From: Bacteroidales bacterium
GTDB taxonomy: Bacteria > Bacteroidota > Bacteroidia > Bacteroidales > UBA7960
DNA: 64,000 nt
Assembly: GCA_003560165.1 (NCBI GenBank)
Contig: PWJC01000018.1
Span: 1,987 to 65,986 of the forward strand
Direction of reading: 5' to 3'
A program made the position numbers and the translations under genes. Below are positions 9,671 through 17,955 of the stretch, in pieces (positions within the stretch are counted from its first letter, which is position 1; the number at the start of each line of letters is the position of its first letter). Under the pieces are notes generated by a model. That model was not told where the DNA came from, did not search any database, and saw only the letters and a program-made list of their open reading frames with translations.

Positions 9671-11224
9671 ATGGAGAAGCAAAATAGCAATATGGTGTCG
9701 AAAATGCTCAGCGTTATCGAGCGCGTGGGCAACAAGCTTCCCCATCCCGGGGCACTCTTTGCATTGTTTGCCGTGGCCATCATTTTTCTCAGCGGAGTGG
9801 CCGCACTGTTTAATGTAACGGCCGTGCATCCGGGTACTGGCGAGGAGGTAACGGTCTTCAACCTGGTGAGCCGCCAGGGCTTGCATATGATCATGACCAA
9901 TATGGTGGTGAATTTTACCTCATTCGCCCCCCTGGGAACGGTTTTGGTGGCCCTGCTGGGCATCGGGGTTGCCGAGGCAAGCGGGCTGATGTCGACAAGC
10001 CTCCGCCAGTTGGTAATATCTGCTCCAAAGAAGTTGCTGACCTTCGCCATCGTATTCGCCGGTATTTTGTCCAATACGGCCAGTGAGGTCGGCTATGTGG
10101 TGCTGGTTCCTCTGGGGGGAATGATCTTCCTGGCCGTGGGACGAAACCCCATTGCGGGCATCGCGGCTGCATTCGCCGGTGTTTCGGGTGGATATTCGGC
10201 AAACCTGCTGCTTGGGACCATCGATCCCCTGCTTGCCGGCCTCTCCGAAGAAGCGGCCCGGATCATCGATCCCATCTATAACGTGAACCCCACCGCCAAC
10301 TATTACTTCATGTTCGTTTCCACCTTTTTTATCGCCTATATCGGCACCTGGATCACCGAAAAGATCGTTGTGCCGCGTTTGGGCGAATATAAGGGAGATG
10401 CCAGGCCGGAGGAGATCAAACAACTTAGCGGGGATGAACGAAAGGGTTTGCGGGCTACTTTCTGGGCCCTGATCGTCATGGCCCTGGTGCTGCTGTGGAG
10501 TGCAGTCCCGATCGAAGGGGGAATCTGGTCTTCCATTCCCGGTTCTGGTTTTATGCGCGACCCCGAAACCGGCGATCTGCTCAGATCGCCCTTTATGAGC
10601 GGGATCGTAGCCATCATCTTTTTGGTGGCTGCCGTTCTGGGCGTGGTATATGGGATTGCGGCCAAAACCCTGAAGAGCAATTATGATGTGATCAACGGCA
10701 TGGGCAAGTCGATGTCCACCCTGGGCACGTATATTGTGCTGGTATTTTTTGCCGCACAGTTTGTGGCTTACTTCAACTGGACCAATCTGGGCCTGATATT
10801 CGCCATCCAGGGAGCTAACTTTATCGGGTCGCTGGGCATGGGCCGCATCCCGCTGATGATCGCCCTTGTGCTGGTTTCTGCCTTGATTAACCTGGTAGTG
10901 GGAAGCGCGAGCGCCAAGTGGGCCATTCTTGCCCCGGTTTTCATCCCCATGTTCATGCTGCTGGGCTATTCGCCCGAGTTTACCCAGCTTGCCTAACGTG
11001 TGGGCGACAGCGTTACCAATGTAATCGCTCCCATGATGTCCTATTTTGCGATGATCGTGGCCTTTATGGAGCGATACGACAAGAAGGCCGGTATCGGCAC
11101 CATTATCGCCACCATGCTGCCCTATACCTTTATTTTCCTGGCAGCCTGGCTTATCATGCTGATCATATGGATCATTCTGGGCATTCCGATCGGCCCGGGT
11201 GCACCCCTTTTCTATGAGTTGTAA
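9671..11224 (+). pseudogene. abgT: AbgT family transporter (p-aminobenzoyl-glutamate/antimetabolite transporter family) interrupted by a single in-frame TAA
   Basis: Two ORFs (9671-10996 and 11000-11224) lie in the same frame. TAA at 10994-10996 sits where the family has a conserved Tyr: here ...[15 protein letters not shown], family pattern ...AYRxGDS.TN. Everything else is intact. Confidence 0.7.
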
Positions 11225-11261
11225 TACACAAAGCCGAACTGTTGTTGTGACTACTCCTGAT

Positions 11262-11291
11262 GCAATACGCGGCCCCGGGGCCGCGTATTGC
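11262..11291 (+). terminator. Perfect 30-nt palindrome / strong GC hairpin downstream of abgT
   Basis: GCAATACGCGGCCCCGGGGCCGCGTATTGC is its own reverse complement (13-bp stem, 4-nt loop). It lies 37 nt after the abgT stop. No U-tract follows. Confidence 0.4.
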
Positions 11292-11371
11292 GCTGCTGGA
11301 AGAAAGCAAAGAAATATTTCGTATATTTATCCTCCCCGCCCCGGGTCCTGTTGATTTTTTTCTTCCCGGTT

Positions 11372-12286
11372 ATGGACGTTATGGAAAAAGACACCATCCT
11401 GGTACCTGTCGACTTCAGCGATGTGGCATACTTTGCCATGGATCATGCTTTGTCGATAGCCCGGAATTTCGGTCATAAACTGGTCCTGTTGCATGTGCTG
11501 GCAAAAAAGGACAGGGTGGGTCTTAAAAAGCAGGAAGCAGAGGACAAACTGTCGGATTTCTCGGCCAAACTTTCCCGCGTACACGACCTGAAGGTCAGTT
11601 ATCTGGTACGGCAGGGGAATATATACACCACCATCAGCGAACTGGCCGATGAATTGCATGCCGCCTTCATTGTAATGGGGGTGCAAGGTGAAAAAGGGGC
11701 CAAGCACCTGGCCGGCAGTTATGCATACCGGGTGGTTTGCTGTGCCAATGCCCCGGTTCTTGTGGTCAAGAACCACCATCATCACCTGGGCTTCCGCAAC
11801 ATTGTTGTTCCCATCGACTTTTCCAAACGGAGTGTCCAGAAGGTAGCCCAGGCCGTGAAATTTGCCCGGTACTTCCATGCAAAGATCCGGGTTTTTGGTT
11901 TTTTGTCGAGCCAGAACAAGGCCAAGATCATCAATAAGGAGGCTTTGCTGAAAAGTGTCAATGATTTTTTTGAGGAAAACGGTGTAAAAGTCAGTGCCCA
12001 CCTGGTGGTGAAGCCTGGCATGGACTGGCCGGAAGCCCTGATCTTGTTTGCCCAACAGGTAGATGCCGACCTGATTATGATTGTTGCCGAGAGGGGAGGG
12101 CGCATTCAGGATCTTTTTTCGACCAATCATACCGAGCGCATCCTGGATGCGGTTCACATTCCGGTATTGACGATTGTTCCCGGGAGCGCAGACCTGGCCG
12201 TCGAATCGAAGTCAGCGCCTCACCGGCTGCTGACCCCCTTTGTGGACCCCTTCGGTTTTCTGAAACAACCCGGCATTACCGATTGA
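11372..12286 (+). CDS. Universal stress protein (tandem UspA domains)
   Basis: Two Usp-like halves: ILVPVDFSD...LLHV... and IVVPIDFSKRS.... The start is ATG 11372 or 11381. Confidence 0.75.
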   Translation: MDVMEKDTILVPVDFSDVAYFAMDHALSIARNFGHKLVLLHVLAKKDRVGLKKQEAEDKLSDFSAKLSRVHDLKVSYLVRQGNIYTTISELADELHAAFIVMGVQGEKGAKHLAGSYAYRVVCCANAPVLVVKNHHHHLGFRNIVVPIDFSKRSVQKVAQAVKFARYFHAKIRVFGFLSSQNKAKIINKEALLKSVNDFFEENGVKVSAHLVVKPGMDWPEALILFAQQVDADLIMIVAERGGRIQDLFSTNHTERILDAVHIPVLTIVPGSADLAVESKSAPHRLLTPFVDPFGFLKQPGITD

Positions 12287-12399
12287 GTTTTCCAGGGCCG
12301 GGTCTGTAACGCGGCATGTTTTTTGATCGGTTCGAACAATCTGGCCCGTTGGCTGAAATATGGCAGAACCTGTAAGGGCTGCCCCAAAAACAAGAGCAT

Positions 12400-13563
12400 A
12401 TGCTGGCATTTGACAATACTGAAGTTGCATTCAGGGACAAAAGCGACAAGGAGCTGAAAAAAGCCTGGTGGCTTTTCAGGGCTGTGGGAAAGCCCGCTGT
12501 GGTAAAGCTTGGTTCCATGGTGCTGCACCCGGCCTTATGGCTTGGCATTCCTGTACGATGGGCCATTAAACCCACCGTGTTCAGCCATTTCTGTGGTGGC
12601 GAATCGATCGATGAATGCGAACCCACCATTAAAAGGCTCTATGACTCCAATATATACACCATTCTCGATTATTCTGCCGAGGGAAAGGAAACGGAATCCG
12701 ACCTCGACTACACCAAAAACCAGATATTGCTGACCATCGATAAGGCGGCCGGTGATAAACGGATCCCGTTCGCAGTGTTCAAGCCGAGCGGGATGGCCAG
12801 GTTTTCCCTGCTTGAGAAAGTACAGGCAGGTGAGTTGCTCACCCCGGATGAGCAGCAGGAATACAACAGGGTCGGGCAACGCTTTGAGGAGATCTGTACT
12901 CATGCTGCCCGGATGGACGTTCCGGTGATGATCGACTCGGAAGAAAGCTGGATACAAGACATCGTGGATGGGATGGTGGAGGAACTGATGTTCCGTTTCA
13001 ATACCAGCAAACCTTTGATATACAACACATTACAGATGTACCGCCACGACCGTCCCGGGTATTTGAAACGGTTTATTACCCGGGCCAGGGAAAAAGGCAT
13101 CTTTGCCGCGTTTAAGCTGGTCAGGGGGGCGTATATGGAAAAAGAGCGCGACCGGGCAAGAAAAGCCGGCTACCTCTCGCCTATCTATCCTGACAAAGAA
13201 GCGACCGACCGGGCCTTTGATGAAGCCACTGCCCTTTGCCTTGCCAACCTGGACAACGTGGCGGTAAATATCGGCACCCATAATGAGATCAGCTGCGCCA
13301 AAGCCGTCGATATCATTTCGGGTCTATCCGTCCCCAGCGATCATCCGCACATCTCATTCGCACAGCTGCTGGGGATGAGCGACCACATTTCCTACAACCT
13401 GGCCAGGGACGGCTACAATGTTTGCAAGTACGTTCCTTACGGACCGGTGAAAACCGTGATGCCCTACCTTATCCGCAGGGCGCAGGAGAACACCTCTGTT
13501 GCCGGTCAGACCTCAAGGGAGTTGTTTCTGATCCGCAAGGAGATTGACAGACGGAAACTCTGA
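12400..13563 (+). CDS. Proline dehydrogenase (stand-alone PutA-like catalytic domain)
   Basis: 387 aa. N-terminal FxxKSDKELKKAWWLF pattern and C-terminal ...FAQLLGMSDHISYNLARDGYNVCKYVPYGPVKTVMPYLIRRAQENTS are typical of monofunctional proline dehydrogenases. Confidence 0.85.
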   Translation: MLAFDNTEVAFRDKSDKELKKAWWLFRAVGKPAVVKLGSMVLHPALWLGIPVRWAIKPTVFSHFCGGESIDECEPTIKRLYDSNIYTILDYSAEGKETESDLDYTKNQILLTIDKAAGDKRIPFAVFKPSGMARFSLLEKVQAGELLTPDEQQEYNRVGQRFEEICTHAARMDVPVMIDSEESWIQDIVDGMVEELMFRFNTSKPLIYNTLQMYRHDRPGYLKRFITRAREKGIFAAFKLVRGAYMEKERDRARKAGYLSPIYPDKEATDRAFDEATALCLANLDNVAVNIGTHNEISCAKAVDIISGLSVPSDHPHISFAQLLGMSDHISYNLARDGYNVCKYVPYGPVKTVMPYLIRRAQENTSVAGQTSRELFLIRKEIDRRKL

Positions 13564-13607
13564 AATCTTTCTGCTGACCACCTGCGGGCATTGAGCCAGG
13601 CTACCCT

Positions 13608-14441
13608 CTAAACTGTTGTGTCCCGTTGTCTTGCCACTTCAAAACTCAGTATGGCCACCGAGGCTCCTACATTGAGTGAGTCGATGCGTCCCTTCATGGG
13701 GATGCAGATCAACTGATGGGCTGCCTGCCGCATACCTTCCGACAAACCCTTGTCTTCTGCTCCAAAGGCAAGGGCTACTGCCCCGGAAAGATTCGCCTGG
13801 TAATATTTTGACTGGGTTTGCAATACGGCAGCAAACAAAAGGGGTTGCTGTTTCTCTGTCCACTGCCGTTTATCCCTGAGCCAGCCGATGGCGCTGTCTG
13901 TGGTGCAACCTGCCACCGGTACGGTAAAGGCACAACCCAGGCTGGCGCGGATGGTGTTCGGATTGTAGAGATCGCATTGGCTATCTGTGAGTATGACCGC
14001 ATGGACCCCGGCAGCATCGGCTGTGCGCAGAATGGCCCCCAGGTTGCCGGGTTTCTCGATGCCTTCGAGGATAAGCAACAGGGGTGTTTCCGGAAGGGGC
14101 AGCTGTTCCAGGCTTAAGGGTCGCTGATGGCCTGACAGTACGACCCCTTCGGCATCGCGGCGGTAGGCAAGTTTATTGTAAACCTGCCTGCTCACCTTCG
14201 CAACCGGTAGCTGCCCCGACAGGTAGTTGCCCAGGGAGTATGCCGGATCTTCGCGGTAGATGTCGGGGCAAAGCAGCAGGCGGTGGCATTTCAGGCCTGC
14301 CCCCAGGGCAAGGGAGACCTCCCGTCTGCCCTCGGCCACAAACAATCCCGATCGACTGCGTTCAGACTGTTTTTGCTGAAGGCGCAGGATTTGTTTTACG
14401 AGGGGGTTTTGCAGGCTGCTGATGGTCTCTTGTGTGTTCAT
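13608..14441 (-). CDS. TrmH/SpoU family RNA 2'-O-methyltransferase
   Basis: SPOUT motifs are present: ILEGIEKPGNLGAILRTADAAGV, LAFGAEDKGLS and IPMKGRIDSLNVGASVAI. Confidence 0.85.
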   Translation of the reverse strand: MNTQETISSLQNPLVKQILRLQQKQSERSRSGLFVAEGRREVSLALGAGLKCHRLLLCPDIYREDPAYSLGNYLSGQLPVAKVSRQVYNKLAYRRDAEGVVLSGHQRPLSLEQLPLPETPLLLILEGIEKPGNLGAILRTADAAGVHAVILTDSQCDLYNPNTIRASLGCAFTVPVAGCTTDSAIGWLRDKRQWTEKQQPLLFAAVLQTQSKYYQANLSGAVALAFGAEDKGLSEGMRQAAHQLICIPMKGRIDSLNVGASVAILSFEVARQRDTTV

Positions 14442-14461
14442 GTGTTTGCAATTTCTGTATT

Positions 14462-14550
14462 ACGGTAGAATGGAAGGTCGAATACGGAAGACGGAAGACA
14501 GAAATAAGAAAATTTAAAAGTTTAAGAAATCACTTTTCTGCTATCTTCCA
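14462..14550. repeat. Degenerate GA-rich 7-nt-periodic tract with downstream complementary CT-rich arm
   Basis: The tract reads cggtaga atggaag gtcgaat acggaag acggaag acagaaa taagaaa. An AT-rich spacer follows, then cttttctgctatcttcc, which is complementary to ggaagaCagaaa. It resembles the (GAAGGTA)n elements at 28.8, 52.4 and 63.9 kb. Confidence 0.4.
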
Positions 14551-14554
14551 TAAA

Positions 14555-16975
14555 TCACCCCGCCCGCCGGAAAAACGTTCTGTGAGACGCAAAACTTGCG
14601 GCCGCCAGGGCATAACAAAGTACGCCCAGACCCATAACGGCTTGAAAACCATGCTCAACGGCAATGAGCATGGCCAGGGAGGTACTGATCACCGACAGGG
14701 ATCCGTTTATGCCCCAGGCCCAGGGAATCTGCCCCGGGTCGTAATCCGACAAATAACGGATCCCCAGGGGGAAAAGCATGCCTTTAAAGAACGAGGGAAT
14801 GCCGATCAGCAGCAACCCGAGAAAGATCTTCAGTGCCACCGGGCTGGCGATAGAAAACTTCAGAAAAGGTGTCAGGAAAAAGGTATAGGCCAGCAACCCC
14901 AGGGTCACCAGAAGGGCAATGCCTGCAGGGAAACGGGGCCTGGCCGGAAGTTTTTCCGACCACAGGCTGCCGCATCCGCTGGCAATAAGCATGGTGCTGA
15001 TTACCGCCGATATGGCAAATACCGGCTGGCCGAAATACAACACGAATCGCTGGATGAGGATGATCTCCACAAACATATAGCCGATGCCCAGGGCGGCAAA
15101 GTACAGCAGTGTGCCGCCTTTGCCGCGGTGACCCCTGCGCAGTTTCAGCAGGGGGAGGACAATGAACAGTAGGGCCAGTATGCTGCTTTGGACAAGGGTT
15201 ACCACCACGATAAGGTATCCTAGTTCAAGAAAGGGTATTTGCTCCTGTCCGAAAACCTGCGACAGTTGCCGAAAGTTGGACAATTTCAGAAATTGTCCAA
15301 AATAGGGTTTGCTGTCGGTAGCCGGATGGATCATAAAGCCGTATTCGTCAAGAAAATCCTTGTCGCTTGCCATGATCCTGTCGATATAGGTAAACAAGGC
15401 AGTGTCTTCCAAGCTGTTGTATTGCTGTCTCTCTTCGGGGCGGATGTCGGGCAACAATACCGGGTCGAAAAACATTTCATGACAAAACTGCCTGATGGCC
15501 GCCGTTTCCTGAGGCGTAATGACAGATTTCTTCAACACGAAGGTGATGGTTCCCCAGGAGCGCACGGCGGCAATGTGTTTTTCGGGTGAGGTGATGCCCT
15601 GGCTTTCCAGGGTCATCACAAGGGTTGACAATAGTTTCAGGCTGCTGCGCGAAGGGTAGTCCATCCAGCTTGATACGGCAATCATGCCATCGCTTGCCAG
15701 GCGGCTCCACATCAGCTGAAAGGCCTCCAGTGTCATTCCGTAATTCTCTTCCAGGGCATTGATGCCGACACTGCCTCCGAAGGCCTCCTGCTGCGGCATA
15801 CTGATCAGGTCATAATCGGCAGTGGCCCTGGCGGCGAGAAAATTCCTCGGCTGCACTGCATGCAGATTTACCTTTTCGTGCAAGAACAAATTCCCGCTCA
15901 CAGCAGCAAATTCTTCCTGCAATAGCCCGATCACTCCCGGATGTTCGATGACCGCATCCAAAACGGCGGGATTGTGGGTGAGGGCATGGGACACCGGTGC
16001 TCCTTCAGCGGCGTTCAGCAGGAGCAGGCGTTGCGGTGTCCCGATGGCCCAGGGAAGGGCCTGGCTGGTGTAATCAAGGATGTGCGAAGTTTGCCCCGGC
16101 TGGTAAGTGGGGATGACTCCGAAAAAATCACCGTTGACGTATACCTGTTTTTTGACAGGTACCTCCCCGGTAAATGACAGGCTCAGGGCAGGCGCGAAGC
16201 GAAGCGCCGGGGAGGCCACCACCTGGGTAAACCCATGAACGGCCGGCTTGCTGTGTACAACGCTTGCATCGGGCAGGTTCATTGCGCGTGCCAGGTCTTT
16301 ATACTCCGACATGGGAATATGTCCGGGCCGGCCGATCAGCAGTACCATTACTGCCAGGGCAGTTCCGGCCGCAAACAGGTGCAGGCTGCGGCGTTGGGGG
16401 GGCATGCTGAGCAAACCGGCGGCTACCGGCAGCAAGCCGATCAGTGGCGGAAGATGCGACGGATGCAGCAATCCGAGGGCAAGCAATACAACCACCCCTC
16501 CCACTCCCGAACCCAGAAGGTTGGAAAAATAATGCGTGCCGATCTGCCTGGCGTATTTAATGAACAGCAGGCCAATGGCCAGGGCCCCGGTAAAAAAAGG
16601 GATGAAATAGATCAGGTAATTTGCTGCCAGGACGGGAAACTGAGTTTGCTCTACAAACAACAGGTATACATCGAAGCGAAAGATCTCCATGCGGGTGATA
16701 TGAAAGGCGACCATTATAAATAGCCCGCTCAGGGTCATCAGGAGGGGGATGAGCCATTCCGAATGCCTGAGCAGCCTCTCCCTGGCAAGTGCCAGCAGGG
16801 TTCCGCTTGCGCCGAAACCCAGCATGGCTACCGAAATGATCATGTAGGCGAAATGATGCCACTGCACAATCGAGAGGAGTTGCATCAGGGCAAGCTGGAA
16901 GGCAATGATGGCGGCTGAATGTAGGCCCAGGCTGAAGATCAGCCGCGTACTGGCATTCCCTGACGGCATTTCCAT
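14555..16975 (-). CDS. Polytopic membrane protein with central spermidine-synthase-like (class I methyltransferase fold) domain
   Basis: 806 aa. There are about 7 N-terminal and about 5 C-terminal hydrophobic helices. They flank a soluble region (LLLLNAAEGAPVSHAL...DLISMPQQEAFGGSVGINALEENYGMTLEAF...DGMIAVSSW) that resembles membrane-anchored SpeE-like proteins. The gene starts 4 nt after the pcm stop. Confidence 0.6.
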   Translation of the reverse strand: MEMPSGNASTRLIFSLGLHSAAIIAFQLALMQLLSIVQWHHFAYMIISVAMLGFGASGTLLALARERLLRHSEWLIPLLMTLSGLFIMVAFHITRMEIFRFDVYLLFVEQTQFPVLAANYLIYFIPFFTGALAIGLLFIKYARQIGTHYFSNLLGSGVGGVVVLLALGLLHPSHLPPLIGLLPVAAGLLSMPPQRRSLHLFAAGTALAVMVLLIGRPGHIPMSEYKDLARAMNLPDASVVHSKPAVHGFTQVVASPALRFAPALSLSFTGEVPVKKQVYVNGDFFGVIPTYQPGQTSHILDYTSQALPWAIGTPQRLLLLNAAEGAPVSHALTHNPAVLDAVIEHPGVIGLLQEEFAAVSGNLFLHEKVNLHAVQPRNFLAARATADYDLISMPQQEAFGGSVGINALEENYGMTLEAFQLMWSRLASDGMIAVSSWMDYPSRSSLKLLSTLVMTLESQGITSPEKHIAAVRSWGTITFVLKKSVITPQETAAIRQFCHEMFFDPVLLPDIRPEERQQYNSLEDTALFTYIDRIMASDKDFLDEYGFMIHPATDSKPYFGQFLKLSNFRQLSQVFGQEQIPFLELGYLIVVVTLVQSSILALLFIVLPLLKLRRGHRGKGGTLLYFAALGIGYMFVEIILIQRFVLYFGQPVFAISAVISTMLIASGCGSLWSEKLPARPRFPAGIALLVTLGLLAYTFFLTPFLKFSIASPVALKIFLGLLLIGIPSFFKGMLFPLGIRYLSDYDPGQIPWAWGINGSLSVISTSLAMLIAVEHGFQAVMGLGVLCYALAAASFASHRTFFRRAG

Positions 16976-16978
16976 TGC

Positions 16979-17710
16979 TTACTCTGCTCGTTCAAAAGGC
17001 ACAAAGCGCACGGGCATCAGGCTCCGGGTGGTGATGTCTCCCCCTTCTTTTTTTTCGACCAGCATCAATTGCTGCATCTGGTAGGGAGAACCTACCGGGA
17101 TAATCATACGTCCGCCTTCTCTGAGCTGGCGTATCAGTGGAGGGGGGATGTATTCGGAGGCCGCAGTGACCACAATGGCATCGAAAGGGGCATGTTCTTC
17201 CCATCCATGGTACCCGTCGGCGATCTTTACATGGACATTGTCGTATTGGGCCTCCAGTTTTCGCCTGGCCTGCTGTCCCAGTTCGCTGACGATCTCAATG
17301 GTATATACCCCGTCAATGATCTCTGCCAGGATGGCTGCCTGGTAGCCCGAGCCCGTGCCGATCTCCAGGACCCTATGGTCAGGACGTGGATTAATGATCT
17401 GAGTCATGTAGGCCACCATAAATGGCTGGGAAATAGTTTGCCCGTAGCCTATAGGAAGGGGGCGGTCCTGGTAGGCAAAGCGGCGCTGTGATACAGGCAC
17501 ATAAAGATGCCGGGGCACCCTCCTCATGGCATTCAGGGTGGCCGGGTCGTCGACCCCCCTGCCCTGTATCTGTTCGCGCACCATCCTGTTCCTTTCTCGC
17601 TGAAAAGGGTCGGACGAGGCATTGGCAGCCGGAAACCCAACCCGTGCTCCGGCAAGCATCACCAGGCAGATGCCGGTTAAAATACAACAAAAAGCCTTAT
17701 TCAACCCCAT
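16979..17710 (-). CDS. pcm: Protein-L-isoaspartate O-methyltransferase with N-terminal signal/anchor sequence
   Basis: Motifs VPRHLYVP, GYGQTISQPFMVAYM, VLEIGTGSGYQAAILAEI and DAIVVTAA are present. The start at ATG 17710 is supported by a -7 box at 17755-17762. The N-terminus MGLNKAFCCILTGICLVMLAGA is hydrophobic. Confidence 0.85.
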   Translation of the reverse strand: MGLNKAFCCILTGICLVMLAGARVGFPAANASSDPFQRERNRMVREQIQGRGVDDPATLNAMRRVPRHLYVPVSQRRFAYQDRPLPIGYGQTISQPFMVAYMTQIINPRPDHRVLEIGTGSGYQAAILAEIIDGVYTIEIVSELGQQARRKLEAQYDNVHVKIADGYHGWEEHAPFDAIVVTAASEYIPPPLIRQLREGGRMIIPVGSPYQMQQLMLVEKKEGGDITTRSLMPVRFVPFERAE

Positions 17711-17754
17711 ATGGTCCTCGTATTTGAAATGTACCCTGGCCAGTCTGCTCATTA

Positions 17755-17762
17755 CAAATATA
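17755..17762 (-). promoter_or_regulatory. Bacteroidota-type -7 promoter box (TATATTTG on minus strand)
   Basis: The + strand reads CAAATATA. The box is 45 nt upstream of the pcm ATG at 17710. Confidence 0.4.
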
Positions 17763-17955
17763 CAGGAAGGGAATGGCAAAACCAAACCCCCTTTCCCCTG
17801 TATAAAACCACGGGGTCCGGCCCTGTCCGGCGGATGTTAAAAAACCACAAATAGTAAACAAAAACGCCTGATTGTTTGTATCTTGCATAATAAAAGGAAC
17901 CCAGCCCGGGGTGGCCTCATCCCGGGTGTGAATTCAAAAGACAGGACATAAAAAC

